From Octopus vulgaris (Eukaryota), in assembly GCA_951406725.2 (NCBI GenBank), contig OX597814.1:48484001-48548000 (forward strand): a stretch of DNA of 64,000 nucleotides. Direction: 5' to 3'. How positions within the stretch are numbered: the first letter of the stretch is position 1; each line of letters starts with the position of its first letter. The translations under genes and the position numbers were made by a program. The notes under the pieces were generated by a model that was not told the DNA's origin, searched no databases, and saw only the letters and a program-made list of their open reading frames with translations. This document shows positions 38,995 through 52,081 of the stretch, piece after piece.

Positions 38995-39430
38995 CAGATG
39001 TAGTGGTGTAGTTAAGAAGTTCACTTCTCAACTATGTGGCTTTGGGTTCAATCCCACTGCATAGTACCTTGGGCAAGTCTTCTGCTACAGCTCCAGACCA
39101 AATCAATGCCTTGTGAGGGAATTTAGTAGATGGAGCCTGAAAGAAACACATTGTCTGTGTGTGTGTGTGAATGTTTACAATCTGTACTGGGCTATTTTTA
39201 CAAAATTTGATATCACAATTCATAGCTGGGGTGCAACCAGTGATGTTTGTTAATTTTTTATATCAATAAATTATCTGCTGTCTGTGCTTTTGAATTCTTC
39301 TGGATACAAAAACCACTTGCTTGAAAAACAAGTAAAGGTTGGTGACAGGAACAACATTCAGCTGTAAAAATTCTGCTTCAAATCTCCCCCCCCCCATTTA
39401 AGCCATGTTCATATGGAATAACAGACATTG
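38995..39430 (+). mobile_element. Decayed SINE with RTE-type tail
   Basis: GGGTTCAATCCCACTG...CCTTGGGCAAGTC head and CTTGAAAAACAAGT...ATGGAATA tail. Confidence 0.75.
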
Positions 39431-40789
39431 AATTACTAATAGGCTGATTGCACTCAGAGGATTGTAAAAATACATTTCTGTCCTTATTCATTTTCAGTCT
39501 CCATCTTAAGATTGTTTATGAATTCTATATGGCAGGAAATTATGTGCCCTTAAAATGTCATCTTTTACTTATACTGTCTCACAAAACATATAAAGGTAGA
39601 TACCCCTTTTAATGCCACTGTTCTGTTTCTTGTCCGTATTAGTGCACTAGGAGTCTGATAACTTCCATTTGTTTGCTTGAAATCTTCTAATTTAATTTTT
39701 CTTTGTTGATATAGGTTAGATTCTTCTAGAAATTTGGTTTGCATGAATTATTAGGTCATATATTGCCTATTCCAATGTTAACTATATATCTGTAAGGAAA
39801 GATGTGGTATCTGTTTTCAACCAGGTAGAATGCCTGCATCCCATGACTATGTCCATAAATCAACTAAATTAATTGACATATATAAATCTATTACTCAGCA
39901 ATGTTTGCCTCTGAAGAAACAACAAAAAGAAAGCAAATTCTATAAACGAAGCACATAGTTGAGAGCAGGAATTGATTTTTAGCCAGAGTTTGTTTTTTAA
40001 AATGTTTTATTTACTGTCATACAAGTGTCCATTTTTCACCAAGTGATACATAATGTTGAAGTATTTCACTTGATTATGTTTAAACATTGGAAATAGTTTT
40101 TCATTCAAACATTTCAGGATATCCAAACTGTCTTGTTATGGATTTTCATTTTTTTTTTTTTTAATAAGAAACAAAGATGAACGACATGATTGTTTCGTCA
40201 TCATTTTATATTATTAGAGATTAAGAAATTTCCATATACTTCTGCAATATTCTGTCTTTATTATGGCTGTGTTTATATAAAACGATGGTGATGTTACACT
40301 AGTTACAAAGTATTATTTCCATGACAATTTTAATTTGGTTCTTATCACAATGTAGTCAGAGTTTGTAGTGGATTATCCAATGGACTACCAGCTCCATGTG
40401 TTTCAGTTCAAGTGCACTACAAGTGTTTTGTTGTCTCTCTCTGGGCTGGGAACTCAGTTCTATATAACTCATTAATAATCTTGTTGCGGAGAATATGTTC
40501 CAGAATCTTTGTAAAAATTTTCTAGGGTATATTCTGTTGGAGGATATCTATTTCAGGTTGAAATTAAAAATGGAAAATACAAGGCTTTATGGCTGCTTGC
40601 ACTTTTTTTAATGCATTTTTATATTATTATCTATTGTTGCTTTCTGCTGAAATATAAATATGCCAGATGCTATAATCTTTTATTATTGGTCATCTAATAC
40701 CTTATCCTTCAAGACATCAAAACTTCCAAGCTAAGTTGACTGCTTATAGTGTACATCCTTTTCTCATTTCTGGATATGATAATTCATGT

Positions 40790-41470
40790 CAAACTGAATC
40801 ATTGTACTCTAAGGTTTACTACCCCCTACTTTTTCTGTTGCACATTAAAGACCTACCTAAAAAAAAACTTTTGCATTCTCTCCTATGAAGATGACATTAA
40901 CCTTCGTTCCTCTTTAACCTTTGTGAACGCCAGCAACATTCATACACAACCTAAACTCCTCACACTTGACAGATATTGAACTTATGAGCATAGACCTTGA
41001 GAACAGCCTTCAATGAGGATGACTTAAATCCTTTTCAATCGAACAAATATACAATGACTATGCTTTATCAAGGAAACAGTATTGTACCTCATCCTTTCTG
41101 GTAATGAACAATACACAACTATTACTTGCAAAGTCATGTCAAATGCTAGGATTCATATTCTTTGATGATCTTTCAGAGCAATTCCCACATATATATCATT
41201 GCCAAAACTGCATTACAGGGACTTGGGTTTCTCTTTTCGGCCAATAAATACTTTGGCTTCAATCAGATGCTAATATTTCATAAAGTTTAAGAGCCATACA
41301 GAAGTATTGCTTACATATAGAGAAGAGTGATGCCCTAGGACAAATACAAAAGGCTGTCAGATTGATTGCCAAAGACTAAGCCATTAATGTACTTCATTAG
41401 CTCACAGATGCTTTCAACTCCTTGTATTGGTAATAAAATGGTCTATACTCCTCTGAATTAGCCAACTGCA
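40790..41470 (+). mobile_element. Highly decayed CR1/Jockey-group LINE RT fragment
   Basis: SYEDDINL (YADD-like), later IAKTA..GLGFLF.ANKYF, with many stops. Confidence 0.6.
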
Positions 41471-41866
41471 TATCTTTTCACTTGTCTTTCTTCTTCCTAT
41501 CACTGTTACTGTGTTTCACTTACAAGATTTTACAATCAATACTTCACCCAAACTTTTCTTCCTAGAATTGTCTCACTCTCTGAAATTTTTTTCCTCATTT
41601 ACATTCCCCCCTGCTTTAATATAAAGTGCAATATATATTCAAATAATGGATTATTTTGAAATACTATTACTTAAGTACACCCAAAATAATCTTCTCCATA
41701 CACATTTCAAAGTACATAGCAGCTCATAGAAATAGTTTTTCAATGAAAACCAGAAGGAAAAAAAGGGTGGTTTTTTATGGTCTACAAAGTTTCATCATCA
41801 TCATCGTCATCATCATCATTATTATTATCAAATATTTTAAAAATTATTTCATTTTTCTACTTTCAG

Positions 41867-42015
41867 CTGTTCAGCAAGAAAGAAAGCCACCTGATTCTGA
41901 GAAGAAAGCTCCTACAGCTATGGCTACTTCAACTCAGAGAATCTATATTCGCAAAGATCTAAACAGTCCAGCTGCTGCAATTCCCAATTTTTCCAATCGT
42001 GTATCTGAAATAGAG
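41867..42015 (+). CDS. Host gene exon (149 nt, phase 1-0): AVQQERKPPDSEKKAPTAMATSTQRIYIRKDLNSPAAAIPNFSNRVSEIE
   Basis: TTTTTCTACTTTCAG| acceptor, GAG|GTAGGG donor, open frame with protein-like composition, phase fits the 51562 exon. Confidence 0.88.
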
Positions 42016-42164
42016 GTAGGGCCATTCTGCCATATTTCTTATTTTCTTAAATGTTTTTCTCTTTATACATTAAAACTTATATTTTATGGCAAATGATGAT
42101 AGATTATGGGCATTGATTTATTGCTTCCCTCTCTCTCTTTCGGAGAAGCACTGAGCAGCTATAC

Positions 42165-42330
42165 GCACACATACACACACGGCAGTAACTCCCGCCTACT
42201 GAATTCAATCACAAAGCTTCGGTTGGCTTGGGGCTATAGTGGAAGACACCTACCCAAAGTGCCACGCAGTGGGACTGAATCCGAAACCATGTAGCTAGGA
42301 AGCAAGCTCCCTAACCACACAGCCATGCCT
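42165..42330 (-). mobile_element. SINE family A head fragment
   Basis: GTGCCACGCAGTGGGACTGAA...CCACACAGCCATGCC. Confidence 0.85.
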
Positions 42331-42589
42331 GTCGTAAACATTTTGACACTAATATTTTTAGGAAAGTCTTATAGGTGAAACCCTGTCAGTGTCATGCTTA
42401 TATTCCAAATGTGACAGTGCATTTATGGTAAACACTTGTGTACTGATGGTGTTGCTGTACTCCATCTCTAAATGCAGGAGTTGATTTCTCATCAGGTGGT
42501 GAAACAGCTTTGTAGGGCCCTTCACTATCACCTCCAGTGTGACACCAGAGCTGCCTGCTGACATAGGTCACAAATCTCCCACACAATTT

Positions 42590-42892
42590 GCACGTGAAAA
42601 AAAATTCAAGCGAGGTCGTTGCCAGTGCCGCTGTACTGGCTCCTGTGCAGGTGGCACATGAAAAACACCATTTGAGCATGGCTGTTGCCAGTCCCGCTTT
42701 CCGGCCCTCGTGCTGGTGGCACATAAAAGCACCCACTACACTCTCGGAGTGGTTGGCATTAGGAAGAGCATCTAGCTGTAGAAACTCTGCCAGATCAGAT
42801 TGGAGCCTGGTGCAGCCATCTGGTTTGCTAGTCCTCAGTCAAATCATCCAACCCATGCTAGCATGGAAAGCGGACGTTAAATGATGATGATG
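42590..42892 (+). mobile_element. RTE-A 3'UTR fragment with (ATG)n tail
   Basis: GTGGCACA..AAAAGCACC-like repeats, then CCAACCCATGCTAGCATGGAAAGCGGACGTTAAATGATGATG. Confidence 0.9.
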
Positions 42893-44329
42893 AGGCTGAT
42901 GATGTTACAACTCTGGACCAAGTGTTTCTATCATACTCAATGTTTGATCTTGCTGCACCACTCTTCCTCCCTCGTATGCCACATGTAATGGCTTGCTTTC
43001 TTGACAGTTTCTGATAATTTTCTGGCAACATTTTTTCTCTCCTTTGCTGCTAGTCCAAGGCCTCTGATACCATCAAATCCTCCAATAAGAAGGGATATTA
43101 CCTTCTAACCATTGTTTTTACAATGTTCAGCCAACTCACTGTATTTTCTGTCTTGCATTAGGAAATTGCTTTTGATGTTCACTAAACCAATAAGCCTGCA
43201 TTGTTATTTAAAGGATAAACAGATGTCTTTCCCAAGTGAGGGATATCTGCCTCATGATGTAGAAGTTGAAGATAATCTCTCACTCTGTGAGGCAAGAGGC
43301 AAATGTGTTTGAGAAGAGTTTAATTTAAATGGGAAAAAGCTTCAGGTTTATTAAGTTGATAGCTGAGATGCTGAAAATGTCAGATTAGGATTCACAACAT
43401 CATGTCATGTACACAGCTCACATTTCTATTTACTTTCAAACCCTTGGATGTCATGTATCTTTTTATCTGAAATTTTTGATGACAACAATTTAGTATTCTA
43501 TTTGATCCCCACCTCCCACACCTCACTGTTGTATCATTTATCTGTAGTTTCACTGAATTACTTTTGGTGTCAAAAGTTTTCTTCATATAATTTAGAAAAG
43601 TTTTTTCTAAGGTTTTTGCTAAGGTTTTAGAAATTAGAATGTAGATGATTGAAAAGCGTGCAAGCACACATGCACATACACACACACACACACACACACT
43701 TTGTTCATATCAAAGAAGTTAAAGGGTGATCTATCTCAAAACAATCATATTTATAAAAAAGTCAGTTACTCTGATTGTTTTAACATAATACACAATGAAA
43801 GATGTAACGATGTTCCCAAGCAACTTTAAAAGTTCTAATTGCTGAGAATTGTGTCTTGGAGCATAGTACAATTTCTACTCTTAATTCCAAATTATGCATT
43901 TAGCTGTAAAAAGAGAATTCAATTATAACATCAGAAATATAAAAAGCAAACTTTTTTCCAGCATGCAAATATCTAAATTTTCAAAACTTGTGATACCTGT
44001 AACATTGGGAATTGACTGTAAAACACATTTTACTATCACTTTCCAGTACCATTCTTTCCTACAGTATTCTATATCTTTTCTCTACTACTCTTTCAAAGAT
44101 TGATTTATTAGTCTCAGATTATTTTTTAGAGCCTTCAAGCTATCCTGTTTAAGGTTTTCTCTTGATTGACACCAAACTTTGACACAGATTAACCTAGTTT
44201 TCTTTGGTATTTATTTTCATCCTATATTTGTATATTGCTAGGCTATCAATCATCTTCCCTTCTTGGTTGGTGTTTTTTTACTCATTTCAAATAGATGAAT
44301 AATGTTTAGTTTTCAGAATGTGATAATTA

Positions 44330-44550
44330 CAAGCAACATAATAACAACATTTGTCTTGGCATATGCCCCATAGGTAGAACTCTCAGAAGAACAAAAGGAT
44401 CATTTCTATGAGATGCTTTTGTAGACTACCTCAGCAATGAGTGACATCAACCTCATTATCGTAGCTGGTGACTTCAGCAAATGTGTTGGGTGACACATTA
44501 ATGCTTCTGTGGTTTACTTGGAAGCTATGGTTATGATTCCAGAAATGCTT
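44330..44550 (+). mobile_element. RTE AP-endonuclease fragment
   Basis: AYAP*VELSEEQKDHFYE...IIVAGDFSKCVG. Confidence 0.8.
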
Positions 44551-45949
44551 TTTCTAATACTGATTATCTAACATCTTAATAAAATTTACTAAAATCCAAT
44601 TATTCTAATATATCATCATCATCATCATTTAATATCCGTTGTCCAGGTTTGCCCTGAAGGTTGTAGGCTTAGTAGTCTAGCATTTTTTTAGCCAGAGGAT
44701 TTTCAATTTTTCAGAGTATAAAAAATTCCATTACTTAATATTTATATTGAATTCTTTCCTGTTCAGTTATAAGTTAGCTTTGATTTCTCACTTTAGAGAG
44801 ACAAAAAACTCAGTATATGAAGTAGAGTTCTATTTATTCATTGCTTGACACTAAAGGTTTATTTCACGAAGAATATTTGGGTAACTGAGAACAGAGATGC
44901 AAAAGAATTTAAGTGCATGTGTGCTTGTGTGTGTAGGTAGGTGTCTGTCTGCCTGCCTGCCCAATAATATATAAACTATATATATATATTAATTGTAAAT
45001 CATTTACGTGATATGTTGTCAAAGGATGGATCTTGAGCTTACAGTGGATCATCAAATATGTGCTGGAGTATACTCCTGTGTGACTTTATGTATACATTGT
45101 ATATTTGGTCAATACTTGTGAATGTATGCATAACTGGAAGGACAAATCCGTATTTTCTGCAGTAAAGTATGTAGTGTTCATACTCACTGTTAGTGCACAG
45201 GCGCACTATCCCCAACTCTACCTTGGTGCCTTTGTTATTTAAATATCTTGATTCCATCAGTCCTGAAAATTTTATATATGTATAAATATTGGTTAGAATT
45301 CCTAACTCTTACTAAGGTGGCACAGATTTGAATTCATTATGTGAGCAGAACTTAGGTGCAAAAGGCATGGCTGTTGTGCTTAAGAAGTTTGCCTTGAGCT
45401 AACAGTTAATTGGTTAAAAAGGTTAACTAACTGACTAATAAAGATAAAAGATGTTAAATGGAACCAGTGCCTGTGTTTATTATTGACCTAATCACCCTCC
45501 TGAGATATCAACAAAATACACACACATATATATGTATTAATAAATTGCAATGCTTTGATGCCTCCCTTATGTCATATGTTATCAAAGAATTGATATGTTG
45601 TGTGTGTACAAGAATCTCCCATATTATAGGAGGAGTAATGTGTTCTTGAGAAACTTGTAACCTGAAATTCTCCTATTGACTTTTCTATTATAAAGTGATA
45701 AATTTTTTCTGATGGATATTTTCAGTACCAAAAAGAAAAAGAAAAAAAAAAAAAAAAGCAACTAAAGTTACACACAGTTCAATTTGTGTACATAAAAGCA
45801 TATGAAGAAAAATACATTAGGGAATAAATAAGAATCATAATACTGTAATAGGATATTTTCTTACTACAGAAGATGTTGACTTCTGTGTGAAAGATAGTGG
45901 TGGAATGAGAGCAATTGGGAGGGTAAGAAATATGATCTTTTAACTTATA

Positions 45950-45980
<31 letters not shown>

Positions 45981-46019
45981 GTTTGCTTGAGCAGTGAAGA
46001 ACTTATCCAAAGTTGTTTG

Positions 46020-47680
46020 GTGCTAATGGCATATCATCTCTTTCTACAGCTCAGTGTAGGAATGAAGTGCTTTGTAAATTCTTCATGTAATTTTTATGTT
46101 ACATTCATGATTAGGATTGTTATCAGCAAAAGCTTGCAGACCATCCTCTACAAGTGCCAACCTTTTAACAACATTCTTTGCTGTCAGTTTAAGCAGAGTT
46201 GATGGAATTTCTGTATTCTCGTCTTGCTCGTGTTCTAACAGCATCAGCTCCTTGTTAGATAAACTTCCTCTATTGGATACTAGCATCTCAGCTACTTCAT
46301 CCTCTATGATTTCTTTAAGACCTTACATCATTTGCAAGTCTCGCAATATCTATTTGCTTGTAGAAAGCTTTTTAAAGTCATGGATACATTCTGGCCATGT
46401 ATTTTTCCAAGCGTCTTTCAAAAGTTGAGGTGTTTCACTTCATCACACGACTCAACTATGTTTATCCACAGTATTCATTATGTTGAACTTCTTCCAGAAG
46501 TGTCTTACTGTAGGTTCATCTTTCTTATCAATTGCTTTCATAAATTATTTGAATGTTCTCAGATCATATGCCTTGCACTTAACTAGAACACCTTGATCAA
46601 TTGGCTGAACCAAGGAATTTATATTCTTCAGGATATATTCTTCTCTCACATTATCAAAAAACCTCATTTAAGTGCATGGGGTGGCTTGATGCATTTTCTA
46701 AAAGAAGCAATATTTTGTTGGAAATATGTTTGACATTGTACCTTTCTACAACATGATGAAAAAATATTAGTCTTTGAAAAAATTCTTAATCATCTATACC
46801 TTCTTATATGAATGCCAAATCAGAGGCAAATTGAACTTTGGGTAACCTTTGAAAGATTTTAGATTTTCAGCGTGATATTAGCAAAGTCTCTAATTTTATA
46901 TCACCATCTGCATTTCCTCCCAAAAGAAGTGTCAGACAATTTTTGGAGACTTTATATGTTGGTGTTCATATTTCTTCCTGAGAAATAAAAGTTCTTGCTG
47001 GTATGCACTTCTAAAAAAATGCTGTTTCACCAACATTGACCACTTGCTCTGATATGTTGATTTTCCTCAGCTCTTCAGGATAATACCTTCTCTATCAGTA
47101 CTGGTAGCTTCACCAGTTTATTCTATCTCTTTTTACTTGTTTCAGTCATTTTGACTGTGGCCATGCTGGTGCACTGCCTTTAATCGAGCAACTCGACCCC
47201 AGGACTTATTCTTTGTAAGCCCAGTACTTATTCTATCGGTCTCTTTTGCCGAACCACTAAGTGACGGGGACATAAACACACCAGCATCAGTTGTCAAGCA
47301 ATGCTAGGGGGACAAACACAGACACACAAACATACACGCACATACATATATACGACGGGCTTCTTTCAGTTTCCGTCCACCAAATCCACTCACAAGGCTT
47401 TGGTCGGCCCGATGCTATAGTAGAAGACACTTGCCCAAGGTGCCACGCAGTGGGACTGAACCTAGAACCATGTGGTTGATAAACAAGCTACTTACCACAC
47501 AGCCACTCATGCGCCTATGTTGTGTAGATTTAAGTGCTTCATAACCCTTTTCAAACTAACCTTTACCAGTAAGAAAAGATTTTTCATTTGAAGTTTCACC
47601 TTTTTTTGCAAATTGTCATACAACCTTTAGGCTTTTTTTTATTATCAGTGTTAGTACATTGTGTTTAGTCTAGCTTGGTA
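46020..47680 (-). mobile_element. Tigger/pogo-type transposase relic interrupted by a SINE
   Basis: YPEELRKI...EQVVNVGETAFF...RTFISQEE; LLLENASSHP; SLVQPIDQGV...KAY; FWKKFNI; WPECIHDF. Many stops; TIRs not found. Confidence 0.85.
47127..47517 (-). mobile_element. Young full-length SINE family A inserted in the Tigger relic
   Basis: Near-identical to 90-504; splits the LHNI/TGEA region of the transposase. Confidence 0.93.
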
Positions 47681-47834
47681 GGGAGGGTGGTTTAGTCACT
47701 GCTAACCCAACAATGTGACAGATTGTACTAGGTTGCATGTTATCAGCAGCACTAAGAGTGACCCAACATACACATATGCATACATGCACAGAAATAAAAG
47801 TATACGATTTTTAGTAAAAATATGAGAAATGAAC

Positions 47835-48625
47835 ATACCGTTTACCATTATCTTTTATTTTTTCAGTCTTTGTACTGTGACCATGCTGAGGCACCACCTT
47901 TGAAAGGTTTAGTTGAACAAATTGACCCTAGTACTTGTTTTTTTTTTTTTAAGTCTGGTTCTTATTCTATTGGTTTCTTTTGCCAGTCTGCTAGGTTACA
48001 GGGACATAAACAAAACCAACAACAGTTAAGTGCAGGTCACACACACACACACACACAACTGGCTTCTATTAGTTTTCATCTACCAAATGCACACACAATC
48101 ATCATCATCATTGTTCGACCGTGGTCGAGACAATGGAATTTACCATGCTGTGCCAGACTTCACGGTCCATCATAGCATTACGGAGGTCCTGTTGCTGAAT
48201 GCCTGTATCCCTGGAGATTACATCAGGGTAGGAGAATGTGTGCCCTCTGATATTGCGAGTAGATGGCTTCCAGAGGAGAAGAGTAGAAATTGCCTCGTTT
48301 TCAGCTCTACAACAATGTCCAGCAAACTGGACTCTCCTACCTTTCACAAGAGATGACACAGGTGGTAGTTTCCCATATATTTGCATCTTGGTTGGATGAC
48401 GCTTCCACAAGAGATTTTGAGCTCTCATAAGGAGGCGAGTGTAGGTTCCATTCAACCACCTCTCAAGCTTCTTTGATAACGTCCAGGTTTCTGAGCCATA
48501 TAGTAGAATTGGTTTTGTTCAGCTCGAGGTTATAGTAGAAAATATTTGCCTCAGATGCTCCTCAGTGGGACTGAACCTAGTACCATGTGGTTGGGAAGCA
48601 AACTTCTTACCACAGAGCCTTGCCT
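47835..48625 (-). mobile_element. Older SINE family A split by an RTE-B insertion
   Basis: Tail at 47835-48098 and head at 48511-48625 rejoin across the LINE. Confidence 0.8.
48099..48510 (-). mobile_element. 5'-truncated RTE-like LINE (family RTE-B)
   Basis: ILLYGSETWTL...RRVQFAGHC...LLLWKP...AMMDREVW...EQ*; the stop codon is the first unit of the (TGA)n tail. Confidence 0.92.
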
Positions 48626-49639
48626 ACTGAAATCAAAGTCTATAGATCTGAAAAAAAAAAAAACATGATTATATATGGTGAGAATCAAAACATTCATTTG
48701 CTAATGGGGCTTAATTAAACTTTTACCAATTTTGTTGGATATTTTCCATTCAGTTTCAATGTTTTTGTAGAGTAATTTGAAAAGAACTCCAGAATATATC
48801 AATTTATTAAATTCTATTATGTTAGATGATGAAACACCCAGCTTACAGAACAGTGATGCACTCCTGAAAAATATTTTGATGGAAACTTTGTCTGGAGAAT
48901 AGTTCCCTATGAAAATTTTTCATTGCTTCTATTTAGCTCATTTTATGCATATTTAAGAAGTTTTTGAAATTTCTCTTGCTATTTCCTTAACATTGTTGTT
49001 TATTTTAGTAAAGTCAATACATAAAAGACTGGCAACATAAGTTCAAAATCACTAGTGCTGGCAATATTTCCACTTATTAAAGAATATAAATGACTATTGA
49101 ATTGTCGCTTTATTTCACTTGCTAATTGAGAGAAATTGAACAAAGTGTTCTACCTACTCCTAGGTATACTTTATAGTCCTTGTTTATACAGGGCTTGCCC
49201 CTAATATCCACATTCTCTTCCTGTTGACAAAATTTTTTTTTGTTCTTTGTCTTTGAAAATGGTGATCAGCATTTTTTAAATTGAATAATTTATGCAACAT
49301 CACTTTAGTGTGGTATCTCTAATTTCTTTTGCCAATCTGCTAAACTATAGGGACATAAACAAACCAACACCAGTTGTTAAGTGCAGATGACACACACAAC
49401 ACACACACAATTGGCTTCTTTTAGTTTCCATGTACCAAGTTTACACACAAGGCTTTGTTCAGCCCAGGGTTATAGTAGAAAATATTTGCCTAAGATGCCA
49501 CTGAGTGGGACTGAACCTGGAACCATGTGGTTGGGAAGCAAACTTCTTATCACACAATTATGCTGAAAATCATAAGCAAACTTCTTAGCTTATAATTATG
49601 CTGAAAATCATAAGTGTTGATGACTTCATGTTTTCAAGC

Positions 49640-49895
49640 AGCATAACAAAGGTAGAAGATTCATCCAAAGTAGAGAAATTTCTTTTGAAAAGAAATTCCA
49701 AAATACATCATAACTCAGTTCATATGTTTCAACAATTACTTTGCTTTTTCTGGTATAAACATGAAGGCCATGACAATATCCAGAGTCTGCATTGCAAATA
49801 TACCAATCGTTTTTTATTTTGCTCCATGCACTTAACTTTGTGGACACATATTGGTGGAATTTTAGCCCAAATACTTGTTTTCTTCAAGTACCTGT
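49640..49895 (-). mobile_element. piggyBac transposase relic
   Basis: KFHQYVSTK...WYICNADSGYCHGLHVYTRK...LSYDV resembles the piggyBac F.QY.P.K...W..CD...GY....VY.GK region. Confidence 0.6.
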
Positions 49896-50334
49896 GTCAT
49901 TCGATTTTAGTGTACCTCAGATGAAAATAATGCTTTAGGGATATACAATGATATCACCTCATCAGTAATATAAATATTGTTGTTATTTTTATCTGTACTC
50001 CTCTGAGCCAGGTAATATTTTCCCATAGCCTGATAAGTTTTCACAGAATATTGGAAATAAATGATACTTTTTATATGACAGTGACAAACATTTTACAATT
50101 ATTATGAAATGTCAAGACAAGGAGATAAACATACTCAGACACTCATACATTCTTTTAGGTACCATCTACTAAATCCACTCACAAGGCTTTGGTCAGGCTG
50201 GGGCTGTGGTAGATGACACTTGCCCTTGGTGTCTGACAGTTTGACTGAACCCGGTATCATGTAGTTGGGAAACAAACTTCTTACTACACAGCCACACCTG
50301 TGCCTTTGCAGTTATATATATACATACATACATA

Positions 50335-50835
50335 TGGTGGCTGCCCCCTTGTTATCGAGTACGGCCATTGCATGAAGCTTAATCAATGTTGTTGCAATGC
50401 TTGTGCAAGAAGATTTTTTTAAGGTGAGGAAAGGCTGTGCACTGAGTCAATCTCACTCACTAAGCAACAACAGCCAAAATCCGAAAAGAAGAACAAGTCA
50501 ACATCATCGGTAACCACTGAGCTGCAATTTTATTTCGGAGTTATCCCAGTTACCTGAGTTACCTTCTCCTAGGAGGATGCCCTAACAAAGGCTAGGAGTC
50601 CTTCACTCCCAATGGTTTAACTGCACGATCGGGTATTCAGTTCGATTATTTCTATGTCCCCGCGCATGATACAGCCTTAAGACATTTATTGGATGGCCGT
50701 TGACTCTCAAGAGTTCCTCCACCCTTTGACGGGTTTTGTTTTTCATCCCGCAGGATGACCAATAAACACCCTCCTCACCAAGCAAGTTTGGTAGGGTTGC
50801 CGGTTTAGTCGCCGACAACCCGACCATGCAACAGG
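50335..50835 (-). mobile_element. CpG-retaining non-coding element resembling an RTE 5'UTR-derived non-autonomous retroposon
   Basis: Flanked by (TACA)n; contains CTCCTAG...CTAGGAGAAGGTAACTC, resembling RTE 5'UTR motifs; second diverged copy at 4.3-4.6 kb. Confidence 0.65.
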
Positions 50836-51561
50836 CTGTACATACATATACATACATACATACATATATCATATTATATTTTGTGAAATTTGATTTAGTA
50901 TTTCTAAATTGAATTTTTCCCTGTAAGTTAGGAATAATATTCCCTCAAATAATAATAATAATTATTATATATATATATAAAACACAGACATGGCTGTGTG
51001 TTTAAGAAGTTCACTTTGCAACCAGGTTGTTTTGGGTTCAGTCTCACTGTGTGACACTGCAGGCAAGTGTTTACTACAGCCCTGGGTTGACCTATACCTT
51101 GTGATTGAATTTGATAGATGAAAACTGTACAGAAGCCTGTTGTGTGTGTCTATACATGTTTGTGTGTTTTCCTTGTGAATATTTACATTTTGCACTTCAC
51201 ATGAAACAAGCACTGAGCTACAAATGGGGTTGCCTGTCAATTCCTTAACAAATCTTTTCCTAGCTCTCTGCTTTTGAATAGTTGAATGAAAAATTCTGTA
51301 TTTGAAAAACAAATTAAAGTTAATAAGAAAGGCATTCAACTCTATAACCATGCCTCTATAATATATATTTATTCAACCAGTACTACCATAGAAAAACATG
51401 TGTAAAATAAATGACTGTGTGTATGTTATATTTTTGTCTATATATTAATGTATATGTAATACGTAGTAACTGATAATTGTTTAAAACTCTAGAATAAGTC
51501 TCATTATGAAAAATATGCAATGATGTACTATGTTATTATCTAGGATTTTATTATTTTTCAG

Positions 51562-51688
51562 GATGAAGAAAGTAAATCAAATGAGAATTTACTTGCTAAT
51601 CTCCAGGAGAGGTTAATCCATACTGATCACGGTACTATGGTTTTAAGTTCGGCTCTTACTCAAAATTCTCAAAAATCTAACAATACAG
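51562..51688 (+). CDS. Host gene exon (127 nt, phase 0-1): DEESKSNENLLANLQERLIHTDHGTMVLSSALTQNSQKSNNT
   Basis: TTATTTTTCAG| acceptor, CAG|GTGAGA donor, open frame, phases fit both neighbours. It is absent from the ORF track. Confidence 0.88.
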
Positions 51689-51773
51689 GTGAGATTTCAT
51701 TAGGGTTTCATAATTCATTTGTTTTTGTGTCTTACACTTGTTCCATGAATTTGTGTAATGTGTAGCCTATATA

Positions 51774-52081
51774 TCATCATCATCATCATCGTTTAACGTC
51801 CGTTTTCCGCGCTAGCACGGGTTGGACGGTTCGACCGGGGTCTGGGGAGCCAGGGGCTGCCCCAGGCTCCAGTCTGGTCTGGCAGTGTTTCTACAGCTGG
51901 ATGCCCTTCCTAACGCCAACCACTCCGCGAGTGTAGTGAGTGCTTTTTACGTGCCACCTGCACAGGTGCCAGAGGGGTCTGGCATCGCCCACGGTCGGTT
52001 GGTGCTTTTTATGTGCCACCTGCACAGAAGCCAGTCGGGGCGGTGCTGGCATCGGCCACGTTCGGATGGTGCTTTTTATGT
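51774..52081 (-). mobile_element. Young RTE-A 3'UTR fragment
   Basis: (CAT)n CGTTTAACGTCCG...; CpGs retained; GTGCTTTTTA.GTG three times. Confidence 0.9.

Noticed and set aside
49536-49615. About 38-bp tandem duplication at a SINE head
   Set aside because: Real, but an ordinary local duplication with no further structure.
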